From Gekko japonicus (Eukaryota): a DNA stretch of 64,000 nt. The position numbers and the translations under genes are program-made. This document shows, one piece after another, positions 12,559 to 24,244 of this stretch (position 1 is its first letter; the number at the start of each line of letters is the position of its first letter). The stretch covers positions 531,764-595,763 of the forward strand of contig NW_015169798.1 in assembly GCF_001447785.1 (NCBI RefSeq), in the 5' to 3' direction. Under the pieces are notes generated by a model. The model searched no databases. It worked only from the letters and a program-made list of their open reading frames with translations, and was not told the DNA's origin.

Positions 12559-12760
12559 GAGAGCCAGTGTGGTGAAGTAGTAAATCCCCACTCATGCCTG
12601 AGAAACTTGCTGGGTGACTTTGGCCCAGTTACACACTCTCAGCCTAACCTACCTCACAGAGTTGTTGTGAGGATAAAATGGAAGAGAGGAGAATGATATA
12701 AGCCATTTTGGGTCCCCATTGGGGTGAAAGGTGAGATATAAATAAAGTAAATGAATAAAT
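12559..12760 (+). mobile_element. CORE/MIR-like SINE (Squam3-like), internally deleted
   Basis: GAGAGCCAGTGTGGTG head, CTGGGTGACTTTGG...CCTACCTCACAG core, AAAT tail. Confidence 0.75.
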
Positions 12761-14087
12761 ATTCCAAACCATAGCAGACCATTCCTGTCCTTAGCTTTCA
12801 TAGTGATATCACTTAAAATCAGATAATTCTACAGGCTGCATAACTTGTGACCTATCCTACAGCCTGGCAGGTATATGACAGCCCTCCTCTTCTTTGCAAT
12901 CCCAAGCAGGTAGCAAAATCAGGACACACACTGAACCCCTGGTTGGCTGAATTTGGCTTGAGAGATCACAAGTATGAAAGCCAGCTGTACGACCTTATGT
13001 TCTTCTGTGGGCTCTTCAGCCTTATGTCCTAAGGAGGGCGATGATCACTGGCTGCTATTTGAAGCAGTTAATTATTCCATATTTTCAGGCTGTTCTAATG
13101 TGGTACTGTTCCCAATACAGAATTATTTAGGATCTGAGAAAACCATAGTGTTGGGGTAAGCAACCATTTCGCTCAGGCCAGATCACCTGAACCCAGGTCG
13201 TAGTCTGACACTGCAACTATTACACCACACTGGCAATAATTGCTAATTCCTCAGAAAATAATTTTAAACAGAAATTAACATGAATACAGTTGTCAGCACA
13301 CCCGACGCCTTGAATTATTTACATGGCATGAACCTGAATGTGTATTTTCAGGATTTTAAATGAGTAATGAACCCATTCTTTAGTAACTATTGCAAATGTG
13401 TCTCATTTGTGCATCTTTCTAACGTGAGGCCCTGGAACCATTTTATTTGTGTTATGGAACAAATATAACACAATAGTACACCTGCTGATATCACTACTGA
13501 GTGCATTTCATGATTTATAAAGTGGATTTGGAATTCTCAGCCCTTGATATTGTCACTTGTGTGCGTGTCCCCCCCCCCCCCGTCCTGAATCTATTGCCCC
13601 TGCTAAATCAATGGAAGAACTAAAAACTATGCTATGAAGGGTTTTGATTTTTTGTTTTTGGTATTATTTAAGTCTAGATAATTTAAGTAGCCTGTACTAA
13701 TAAATTAGTTTTTAATTAAATAAGGTAACTAAGGTACTAATCTTAAACTGGTCTACTCAGAATGAAGCCTTGTTTTATTCAGTGGGGCTTACTCCCAGGA
13801 AAGTGTTCTTTGGATTGCTGCCTAAGAGTCTAATGGCTATTTATGAAAATTACAGCGTCACCATCTATGATATAAACTGCACAAACACGTAGTCTGCTCA
13901 GCACATTAATACCTTTGGCTGGGTGACGTTGATAGTGAACCCATAAAAAATATGAACTATCAGTATTCCTCTGACTCTCCCCAGAGTCCAATCCTGTATA
14001 CGCTATGCATATACTTGTGAATAAGTCTCTGTGAACTGACTAGGATTTACTTTGGGGTAAACATGCGCAGGATTGTTTTGTAAGAAT

Positions 14088-14262
14088 ATAACTGGTGTCC
14101 AGTAGCCCTTTAAAAACTAACAGACTTTATTCCAGCATAAACTTTGAAGAGTCAGAGCTAACTTCATTGGATGCATGTATTTGCCTAATATTGTGCACTT
14201 CCTGCATCTGATGAAGTGATCTCTAACTTGCAAAAGTTTATCCAGAAAAAATTCTTAAAGCA
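14088..14262. mobile_element. Penelope (Poseidon-type) inverted pseudo-LTR remnant with decayed hammerhead core
   Basis: Inverted halves ...ACTTCATTGGATGCA and TGCATCTGATGAAGTG...; CTGATGA core present, GAAA degenerate. Confidence 0.65.
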
Positions 14263-14623
14263 CAGCTTTGCAGAAATAACCAGATCATGAAGCGATAGGT
14301 GATTGGTAGTGCTGCAGTCTTCTGCCATTACTCCAGTCCAAACCCATTGGTTTCAGTGGGCTTAGGGAGTCTGCATAGGATTGCAGTCTTGGGCTGGAAT
14401 TCTGCATAACATACACTTGCTAGGAAGTAAGACCTATTATTGAGTTCAATATGACATATCTGAGTAAGCATACTTAGAACTGCACTGAACATATCCCTTT
14501 CTCCTCTCAAGTCCCACCATAGTTTGTAGTCTGTTCTGATTCCCCCAAAAAAACTTTATGCCAATACAAAAAAATACCAATAATGATAATAGCCATGTAT
14601 ATGGAAAAGAGAATGGATAATTT

Positions 14624-15117
14624 TCATGGTGATTTGACACAACAGACCTCTTCATGTTGTGGAGGGCACCTGCCAGAAATATGAAACTGGAAAAAAATAG
14701 TTTGCTATCTATCCATTATAGTCCTATTCCTGCAACTAAATCAATACATTCCTGAAAAATAAACAGATGTAACTCTTTCTACTTTCTTTTCACCAAACAA
14801 AAAAAATAGGAAATCATATCCAACCAAATTTTTATGTTCTGTATTTTGAGTTGTAAAAGTATGCAGCATCTAATATTTAAATGAAATTAAAAAGAGAAAA
14901 GAAGATCACTTAGCAGATCATTGTTATAACTGCTATATTCAATAACGTTAAACTAAATTAACTGTGACGCTAGAGAGTCACATGAGTTAACTCACCTGCC
15001 TTTCTTATAGACTTCATGTATTTCTTTTCCTTGCCAGTGAGCTTTGCATTCTGTGGACAAGAGCCATCCCCAAAACAGCAAGAAAATGCTAAAGTGCATT
15101 TTATGGACAGTCAACAT
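14624..15117 (-). other. Candidate two-exon small ORF or exon pair (15117-14996 and 14669-14624)
   Basis: Strong donor CAG|GTGAGT and acceptor TTTCTGGCAG; spliced peptide MLTVHKMHFSIFLLFWGWLLSTECKAHWQGKEIHEVYKKGRCPPQHEEVCCVKSP. Confidence 0.25.
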
Positions 15118-15258
15118 GATATCCTCGGTCTTATGTCCAGAAATAGTCCACAAAAGAAGAAGAAAAGAAAAATAAATATCCTTTTGTTTGGCTTTTTAAG
15201 ACATTATCAGTGTGTTCTTTAGGAAGGATGTTTACTCATATGAAAAAACATCCCACAG

Positions 15259-15334
15259 TATTTAATCTGGACAGTGGGGAAAGCAATTTCCACTAAACCT
15301 ATAAATCCCTCGACGTCAGATGGCAGGGATTTCC
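15259..15334. promoter_or_regulatory. Cluster of kB-like, CRE-like and TATA-like motifs
   Basis: GGGGAAAGCAATTTCC, TATAAAT, CGACGTCA, GGGATTTCC and minus-strand ATTAAATA within 76 bp. Confidence 0.3.
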
Positions 15335-16244
15335 GAACAGTGCAGAATTCATGAATCTGTACAGAACAATTATTCTCTCTCTCTTTCTCCCACCCCCACT
15401 TTTCTTTTCTTTTTTGCTTCCAACAGCTATTGTATAGATTGGTTTAAAATGAAGTGTTCCAGGTATTTTGAAAAACACTATTTATATCATTCCATCTAGA
15501 AAAGCAGGGATAGTGTGGCTGTCGAGAGGTTGTCTGGGGTAGCTCCTTAATCAGTGAGAAAGAATATGGTGAGCACCTGTTAAAATGCCTTTATATACCA
15601 ATACTAATTTTAGCAAACAGCCACGTCTTGGAACCTCCATCTTATTCTCATGGTTTCAGTCTTTGAATGAAATACAATATTTTCATCCCCTACGCCACCC
15701 CCTGTAGCATTTGACGCTTGCTGTTTATGAGGATGCCATTGTTGTGTTTCAGGGAACATACAAGGCTTGTGGCATATATGTCATTGTTGTCTGTATGCCA
15801 GGCTGCTTGGATGGATGCGGACCCTGAGGAAAATATCCAATTAAGGAGGCAAAGATGTGCACAAAGTCAACTGAGTATCCTTTCCTGAACTGGATATTTA
15901 TAAGCCATCATAGCTCTTCATTGTTCTCATCTCAGCAAAGTAGACTAGTGGGAAATGCCACAGGCAAAGAGAGCAACAAAAGGCTTTAGAGGGCTTAATA
16001 TTGCCAGCATTTGGCAAATTGTGAAATGGTTATAGATGATAATGAAACAGAAATAGTGGCTGCTAGAATTACTGTCAGCTTTAGGTTTACTGTTTCCCCC
16101 CCAATGAATCACATCAGTTTTTATTAGTATGTACTTATAGTCATTTTTATGTAGACCCAGATAGCTCTGTCACTGGAATCTTTCCACTGCTGTTTTTCAT
16201 TTCCTCAGCTTCTTTTGCCCTATCAGTATAAATGTGGAAAAGAT

Positions 16245-16600
16245 TATTATTATTATTTATTGTATGGCAGAGTTACACATAGGAAGCATCTAACAAGTAG
16301 ATACAACAGTTATGCAGACAGATTGGACAATCCCTCTAAATACTAATACCTAAATTTTCAATCCATTCAATCGCAGCTGGGGAGGATACAAAGAGCTCCA
16401 TCACATCTCCCTGGAAAGCATGATGCTCACATTCCTGTGACAAATGGAAAATAGTTTGGTGGGCTGCACCACAATTGCATTCAGGTCCTAGTATTTTGCC
16501 CCATTTAAACAACACGTCTGCACACCTGCCAAAGCCTGTCCGTATTCTATTAGCCATCTTCCATACTTTACATGGCAAGTCAAATCCTGCAGGCCTCTTG
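16245..16600 (-). mobile_element. Vingi (Ingi-like) LINE 3' end
   Basis: C-terminus PAGFDLP..VWK.ANRIRTGFGRC...KWG...CNCG...QT..H...C; tail CCATACAATAAATAATAATAA. Confidence 0.85.
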
Positions 16601-16651
16601 TTGGTGTTGTAGCAGATCCACCCCAAGTTGTACCACATAATTTTTGGACTT

Positions 16652-16998
16652 ACTGGAATGAGCTCCCAAGTGAGATCAGGGCCCTGCAGGACCTTCAGCA
16701 GTTTCGCAGGGCCATGAAAATGGAGCTTTTCAGGCAGGCGTTCCAGTAGGAGTGGCACCAATTGACAGAGCCTGTGCCGATCTGCCAGTTGAAGCTATTT
16801 AAAGTGGTTGCACTGTGGAATGTGTTTAGATGCACTTTATTATATCATGCCGCCAATGGTACATTAATGTTTTTTTAATTGATTATGTGTTTTATATTGA
16901 AATGTATATTGTTTTAGTGGTTTTATGTAAGCCGCCCTGAGCCACTATGGTGGGGAGGGCGGGGTATAAGTTAAAAAACAAACAAACAAATAAATAAA
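16652..16998 (+). mobile_element. L2 LINE 3' end
   Basis: TGGAATGAGCTCCC...; tail TGTAAGCCGCCCTGAG...GGGTATAAG with AAAC/AAAT repeats. Confidence 0.85.
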
Positions 16999-17149
16999 TG
17001 CTGTTTTGCATGTGTATTTTCACTGCTACATTGATAAGATGGTGTTTATAGCTAAAGGTCCTGTCCAGGGTAATCCCAAGGCACTTAGATGTATGGTTGT
17101 GTGTAAATTGGATGCCATTAAGGTAGACAGTCAGTTCATGGTTGGCAGT

Positions 17150-17520
17150 TAAATCCCCTTCCCTTCCCTCTGGGGCTTGTGCTGCCTCTCTAGCATGACT
17201 CCCCAGTGAAGGAAAGGTATTTAAACTTTAAACACCTTCCCTTCACTGGGGAGTTGTGCCACAGAGGCGGCACGAACCTGAGAGGAAAGGGAAGGTATTT
17301 AAAGTTAAAATACCTCCCTGTTACTTGCTGAGTCATGCTGCAGTGTGGTGCAGCAAGTGAAATTCTCCATTATACCCTATGGGGATGGTTCTCGAATATT
17401 GACCGAAATACCAGTGAAATACCAATACTGGTATTCGGGTATATTCGGGAATATGGATATTCGGGTCCAAGAGACCCGAATCCGAAATAATTGTTTTTGT
17501 GGGTTTTTTGCACACCCCTA
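17150..17520. mobile_element. hAT-type non-autonomous element end with internal palindrome
   Basis: Terminus TTGCACACCCCTA, TATTCGG subterminal repeats, about 160-bp inverted repeat at 17150-17310. Confidence 0.6.
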
Positions 17521-17597
17521 CCACACAACATCTAACTGGCTATCAATATAAATCCCAGTACTTAACCTGTTTACAGTTCTGTGAGAAGGAAGGTGGT

Positions 17598-17775
17598 GTG
17601 GTATAGCCTGATCTCATCAGATCTCGGAAGCTAACCAGAGTTGGTATTTGGAGGGGAGACCCACCAAGGAAGGCTCTGCAGAAGAAGGCAGTGGCAGACT
17701 ACCTCTGCTTCTCACTTGCTTTGAAGGCCCCTGCTGCAGTGGCTATAAATTGGTTGTGACTTGATAGCACTTACG
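17598..17775 (+). mobile_element. 5S rRNA-derived SINE with RTE-type tail
   Basis: 5S-like GATCTC...GATCTCGGAAGCTAA...GGGAGACC head, ACCTCTG body, GTTGTGACTTGATAGCAC tail; second copy at 60255. Confidence 0.75.
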
Positions 17776-17995
17776 TATGTTTGTGCACTGCAGAACTGTC
17801 CATTTATACTATAACCCATATTTTCAGTACTCCCTCTTCTTGACTTGAGAGGGACTGGAATATCCAATGGCATGCAAATCTTACTATGGCTGCAGCTAAT
17901 AAGTTTAGTTCCAGAACTTGGCAAGAAACATTTCACAACATCATTTAAGATATGGCTCTCTTACTTCCACACTAGCACCCATAATTTCATGAACT

Positions 17996-18215
17996 AGGAT
18001 TGCCAGCTCCAGGTTTGGAAAATACCTGGACATTTTGTGGGTAGAGCCTGAGGAGGGAGGGTTTGGAGAGGGGAGGGACTTGACTTCAATGGAGAGTAAT
18101 GCCATAGATTCCACCTCCCAATGCAGCCATTTTCTCCAGGGGAACTATTTTCTGTTATCTGGATACCAATTGTAATCCCAGGAAATATCCAGCCCCCAAC
18201 TGGAGGTTGGTGACT
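17996..18215. mobile_element. hAT-type MITE (TAGGGTTGCCA family)
   Basis: Start TAGGATTGCCA and family-typical internal sequence. Confidence 0.75.
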
Positions 18216-18221
18216 CTGTCA

Positions 18222-19053
18222 TGATATGGCAATCTCACCCTCTTCCCTCCCTTACACACAGGATTTTCCCTTTGGTTTTTTTTCCTTTTCTTTCATGCTT
18301 GCTGAGCACACTCTACATGTATTTTCTTCTTATTTGTTGGTCTATGGCTGTCCCTTCCTGTCATGCTATTATATATTTTGATGCTGGTCCAGCCCACAGA
18401 CTTGAGGGAAGAGACAAAATCACCTACTAATATTCTTCTCCTGTAATGGCACATGAGAGGCTTTTGAAAGTTCAAAAATAAACAAAATATTTTATTTATC
18501 TTGGAGGGGGAAAGGTCAGGTGCAATCAGGGATAAGATGTTTGAGATGAACCAATAATAAAAACTGAAGTAACTTTGTAATCACACTAAATTCAGTTAAT
18601 ATGTTGCCAACAAGTAAGTGGTTTTGCTTTTCAATGAGGTCATTGAAACTTTGAGGAGAGATGCTTTCTTTTCAGTTTCTGCTTTAATTCACAAGCACAG
18701 GTTTCTGAGTTTCACTGACACTTCATGTTTACAAGGCAGTAATGTACAACAAAGTTCCACAAATCCTTCTCTCTACACAGACCAGAGATCACTCCTCTTT
18801 TTCACTGGGCAGGGATTACTTCTCTTGACTAGAAGCCGTGTTCCTTTTCAGCTTGAATGGGGATCTTCCATGATCTTCTCACTCCTCTTCCCTCCTTCTA
18901 AGTCCTCAGTCAATGCTAAATTGTATCTTCTTCAACTGTCAGTTCCCAACTGTCATTTCTTAACTGACACTCTCCACAGAATTCCATTTAAACATCCTGT
19001 CACTCAAGGGTTCTCAGAGTTTGTGCGGCATTAACCCTTGATATTCCATCACA
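18222..19053. repeat. Dispersed diverged duplicate, copy 2 (about 320 bp longer)
   Basis: Collinear with 5030-5526 except for an extra segment at about 18482-18798. Confidence 0.85.
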
Positions 19054-20059
19054 CATGAACACACCTTAGTACTCAAGGCAAGGAAATCCTTTTTTTTTTC
19101 AAGCCACCAAGTTTTCTGCCTTCTTTAGAACCATCTTTTCCTGTACAATTTTTACTTCCCCTTTCATATACTGGAGAGTATACACTGGAGATCAAGATGC
19201 AATTTTTTGTTTAGACTACACAAGATGTAATTGAAGACTTCCCGAGTACTGTAATCAGGATAGTAGCCATATTCTTTGTTGTCTTAAATGGACAAAAATC
19301 ACAAGGGAAACCTTCAGTTTAGTTCACACTGTAAGTAATAAGAGTATCATCAATTAATTAAACTATATGATATTTCCTACACATTTTCCTAATTTTATAT
19401 TAAAGTAAACATTTAAGTAACTCAACACAATAAACATCTGGTAGTTCAGTTGATCGTTTGGTCATCTCTAAATTGTAATTGCTGCCAGATTACTGAACTA
19501 AATGGGTAAGAATCTGATTACTAACATCACTTTTGTCAATCTTGCCAGCTGGCTCTGGATTAGTCCCTTTGCTGAGTGTCTAGGTACCATTTCCACTTCT
19601 GATGAGCTTTCCGTCTTAGGTGCTTTTATGCATGTTCAGTTTATTTCTGATTTTCTTGGCAGTAAATCCACAAGCATTGGAATCAATTTGGGCAGGGTTC
19701 TTCTGTATGTCTGCCCTCCCTCTGCATTTTCACAGTTGTGGAGTCAGTTTATTTTCTTCCGCATGTGCTTTAAATAATCAGGATTTTCAAGGGAGGGTGC
19801 AGTCATTATTGATGGTATCCCAGCACCCCCCCTTTATTTTTTTTCACATGCTTGTATCAATATATCAGTATCATTTTTAAAGGCATTTAAATATTGATAT
19901 AACATACGGCTGTAATGATAGGTCATATGTAACCCGAGAGAAAGTCACGAAAAAGTATAACATCCAAGAAGCCAAAGAAGCCATGAACAAATTACTAATG
20001 CTGTTTCAACTATACTCAATAAGTTTCAAATTTGAATAATCCATGCATAAAATTGGCTT

Positions 20060-20330
20060 TTAAAAATTCACATGATCATATTACTGTCTGAATCCAAAGG
20101 TATGCCGATACATACTGGAAGAGTCCCAAAAGAAAATAACTTCTCACAATTTCTGTGAACAATATTCTTTAGACAATATGAGTATCATTTTCAAAAAATT
20201 ATATTCCATCAGCCATTCAATAGAAAAATCAATGGTCCCAGCGATGGGGAGTCAGCTTGGAATACCCGTTTCACTCCTAGTTTCCTCAAGGTCAGGACTC
20301 CAACTACAATATTACAATGTTATAATCAAT
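20060..20330 (-). mobile_element. Solo Penelope (Neptune-type) pseudo-LTR with hammerhead motif
   Basis: Reverse complement of 33030-33295; GGAGTC...TTGAGGA-AACT-AGG-AGT-GAAAC...GACTCC. Confidence 0.7.
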
Positions 20331-20387
20331 ACAACCATATACATCACAATACATTTTAAAAGTTGCTTACAATATCATACTTACTAT

Positions 20388-20593
20388 CAATGCTCCCTCT
20401 AAGCTGGGGAGTCTTGTGAGCGAAAATTCTACTTGGTGAGCTACTGGCATTACAGTAGTGAGCGAGCCATTTGGCCGCTGCATAAATTAGTGTGCTCTGG
20501 AGCCCTCCTTCCTGAGCGAAGACAAAAATGTGTGAGCCGGAGGCTAAGAAACTGTGAGCTAGCTCACACTAACTCAGCTTAGAGGGAACACTG
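20388..20593. mobile_element. 206-bp hAT MITE
   Basis: TIR CAATGCTCCCTCTAAGCTG / CAGCTTAGAGGGAACACTG; perfect 8-bp TSD CTTACTAT. Confidence 0.92.
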
Positions 20594-20980
20594 CTTACTA
20601 TACAACTATTCCAATACAAATACAAAATTCCAAGAAATTCTCTCATCATTCGGCATTCACCTTCAGGTTTTGTGGCTAACATTACAAATATTGATACATT
20701 TTTAAAAAGTCAATGTAAATTAATGACTAATACCTGTCATTTCTATTGCAGTATTCCCTGTCTTCTTAAAGCTACATGTCTAATAAAACCTACTAGAATG
20801 ATTTTAAACATTCACATGTGATAACTATATAAACAATTATGTACACAATTATAATACTTCCTAAGCTTCACAAAAAACATGAATAATCCAATGCTAAATT
20901 CAGACCATGGGGTGTGACCGTGTTAAGTCTGAACATCCAAAGTGCTTCCTCTCTAAGTAAATTTTTGTGTGTTTCATCAT

Positions 20981-23424
20981 TTTTAAAAAGATTACTGCTT
21001 ATTTTTTATTATTTAATCTTTATATTGTGACAATATTTACCAATCTTTCCCCCCCAAAACAATTTTTATTCTTTTTCAAAAGGAATACAGAATTCAACAT
21101 TATAATACACAAATGTAGGTTGCTTCACTTAGAGGGGAAAAAAAGAATACTATAAAATTTCTATCATATAACAATTTACATTCTTTTGGAATACAGAATA
21201 CAGAGTGATAAATTTATAACTTGTCAACTGTAAATCATTATTTTATATCTAGCTTTATTGATGCTTTCCCAATTAAAGTTCTCAAAGGTTATTTTTTCTA
21301 TCATGGGGAACCATTTTCCTAAGGGATTATATATTGCGCATTCATTCTGGTCATTTGAGTTATATATAGATATCATTTCAAGCATAAAAAACTCCCATAT
21401 CTTGTGAAACCAAAATTCTATGCTAGGAGAATTATTGTCTTTCCAGCATTTGGCTATAGTAACCTTGGCAGCTGTTATTAATATGTTGATCAATTGTTTT
21501 CTAGTTTTAGATATTATCAACTGGCCAGAGATTTAAAAGCAACAATTTTGGATCTAGTAGGATCAAATAACCGGTAAGTGTCTGAATCTGCAGTATATTT
21601 TTTTTTTCCAGAACTCTGAAATGTGTTTACATGACCACCAGTTATGGAAATAGTTGGCCTTAACTCCGCAAAGTTTCCAGCAAAGAGGAGACACCTGTGT
21701 GCTTATATGTGAGAGTTTTGCTGGTGTCAAGTACCATCTAAGCATTACCTTCGTTGATGCTTCCTGTATTTCTACTGCCTTAGAAATACTAGCTTGTGAT
21801 TTCCAAATGGTTTCCCATTGAGCTTCACTCAGAACACATTGGAGGTCAGAGTGCCACGCCGTTTGATATTTCATCAGTTTAGGCCATATACCTTGGAGAT
21901 TAGGCCTTTTTTATTGCAACCTTTATGTAAAAGTTTCTCTAAACCAGTAAGAGAAGATGACATTGCCTGCTTAAAGCCTGTTGATTCGATGGCTTACTTG
22001 TAGGTATTCATGCCATTGTATTTTAACTTTGTATTTGTCTTCTATTTCAGATTTCCGAAGGATGGAGCTTTTGTGAATTATATCCACTATTCTGGTGATG
22101 TTCGCCATTTTCCAGGTAAGAAATGTATTTTTGCCTTGTGCTGGTTTGAACCATTGTTGTCTTGTAAAGGTACTTAGTAAAGAGTGAGGAGTAGTCAATT
22201 TTGCTTTATTTTGATACCATATTTTGAGCATAGCCTTTGTAAATGGATTGGACATGATCTTGCCTTTGTAAAAGTTGCACTTGTCCCACATCATTTCTCT
22301 TATTGTTTTGGTATTGGAAGTTGCTTCTTCAATCCAACTCCAGTCTAAGGAATCTATGTCATGGTATTGACGTATTAATGTAGCTATAGTTGTTGCTTTG
22401 TAGTAGAGATACAAATCTGATACCGCCATACCTCCTTTTCTTTAGTTCTAGTGAGAGTGCTGTGTGATGTTCTTGGAGATTTAAACTTCCAAATAAACGT
22501 ATTAATGTCTCTTTGCCATTTCTTTATTTGTTGTTTTGTAATAAAAATAGGAAGGGCTCGAAAGCAATACAAATATTTTGGTAAAATATAAGCTCTTACA
22601 ACATTAATTCTATCAGACCAATTAAATTCTATCGCCCTATTTCATTGCTCAATTTAGATTATAAAATTTTTACTTCAGTCATTGCGGCAAGACTAAAGTT
22701 CATTATATGCAACTATGTTAAGTTCATAAAGACCAGATGGCTTTTATAACGACTAGGGACATTTCAGACAACATCTGCACAACACTAAATATCATTCATT
22801 ATGGAAGAAAACAAAAAGGTATTGACTCTCTACTTCTGGCTATTGACATTGAAAAAGCCTTCGATTCTCTAGAAATTAAATATTTAGATGGCCTCTTAAA
22901 CCACATGTGTTTTGGACCAACCTTTTGGAAATCACTGCAAGCAATTTATGCTGAACCAAAAGCAAAGCTTTTAATTAATGGGACAGCTTCAAATGATATC
23001 ATTCTCAATAGATGTACATGACAGGGATGCCCTCTATCACCAATATTATTCACATTGGCAATGGAACCCCTTGCTTGGGTGATATGACAGAATTCAGAAA
23101 TAGAGGGCATTTCCATCAACAAAAAAGAATTCAAGATCAGCCTGTTCGCAGATGACATTATCTTATATTTGTCAAACCCTAAATCGTCACTCTCAGCGCT
23201 GCAAGAAACCTAAACACCTTTGGAAATATATCAGGCTTAAAGGTAAATAATCAAAAATCTACTGTATACTCTATAAAAGTAGAGGAGAAAACAAAAAAAT
23301 GAGATCAAACGTACTTACACCTACCAATGGATCCGGGATCATCTTACTTATCTTGGAATTAAAATTCCATTAGATCTGTCCAACTTGATACATACTAACT
23401 ACATGGATTTACACAAATACGTTC
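20981..23424 (-). mobile_element. L1 LINE, 5'-truncated with 5' inversion (20981 to ~22705 minus, ~22705-23424 plus)
   Basis: Minus part: WYLTP..L, CWKLCG, H.WWSC. Plus part: DIEKAFD, QGCPLSP, FADD. Probable TSD TGTGTTTCAT(C/T)AT. Confidence 0.88.
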
Positions 23425-23788
23425 TGTGTTTCATTATAAGATCCTGTTGCCACATCTATATATCTAATTCTCAGACTTTTCCCCCCATGTGCGGATACTT
23501 ATTTCCACCAACAGAGGGCTCACTCTCCCCCAACAGCGCTTTCAACAGACTCAAGGGCCTTTCTGGGTATGCAGAAAAATCTAAAAAGTTTTTTAAAAAC
23601 CCTCAGGGAAGGTTGAATTTTCCCCAAAACCTTTTGAAATGGCCTCAGCAGGGATCTACTCCAGGCATCAACGGTGAGAGATTAGAACGTTGGGGGGGGG
23701 AGAGAGAAGGGCCTCTAGCTGGTTCTGTCAGTAAAAGGGAGGGGGAAGGGCCTTTGTGGGAAGGAGGGAGCCTTGGGGCCAGGCCTGA

Positions 23789-24225
23789 CAAGGGTTGCCA
23801 GTGCCAGGCTGGGGAATTCCTAGAGGTTTGTGGTAGACTCTCAGGAGGGCTGGGTTTGGGGAAGGGAGAGGCCTCAGCTAGGTAAAATGCCACAGAGTCC
23901 ACCTTCCAAAGCAGCCATTTTCTCCATGGAGAGAGATCCCTGCTGTCTAGAGTTCACTCTTCAGGACCCACTTGGAAGTTGGCAACCTAAGGCCTGGCAG
24001 CAGTCTAGGGTTGCCAGGTCCCCCCTGGGCACCAGCAGGGGATGGGGGGAGGTTGCCAGATCCAGGCTGGGAAACTCCTTGAGATTCGAGGGTAGACCCT
24101 TGGGAGGACAGGGACCTCAGTGAGGTACAATGCCATACAGTCCACTCTCTAAATCTCTGTAGTCTGGAGATGAGCACTAATTCCAGGGGATCCCCAGATC
24201 CCACCAGGAAGCTGGCATCCCCAGG
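23789..24225. mobile_element. Two adjacent hAT MITEs (TAGGGTTGCCA family)
   Basis: First copy flanked by AGGCCTGA / AGGCCTGG; second starts TAGGGTTGCCA at 24006. Confidence 0.78.
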
Positions 24226-24244
24226 TGTCAGCTCTGCTGCCATA

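Noticed and set aside
15427-15890. Plus-strand spliced ORF MKCSR|EHTRLVAYMSLLSVCQAA...LRRQRC resembling an endothelin-like prepropeptide
   Set aside because: Mature-peptide cysteines are absent and the exon structure does not fit; resemblance likely chance
17390-17490. Short repeated TATTCGG units resembling an array
   Set aside because: Subterminal repeats of a hAT element; vertebrate DNA with no CRISPR repeat-spacer structure
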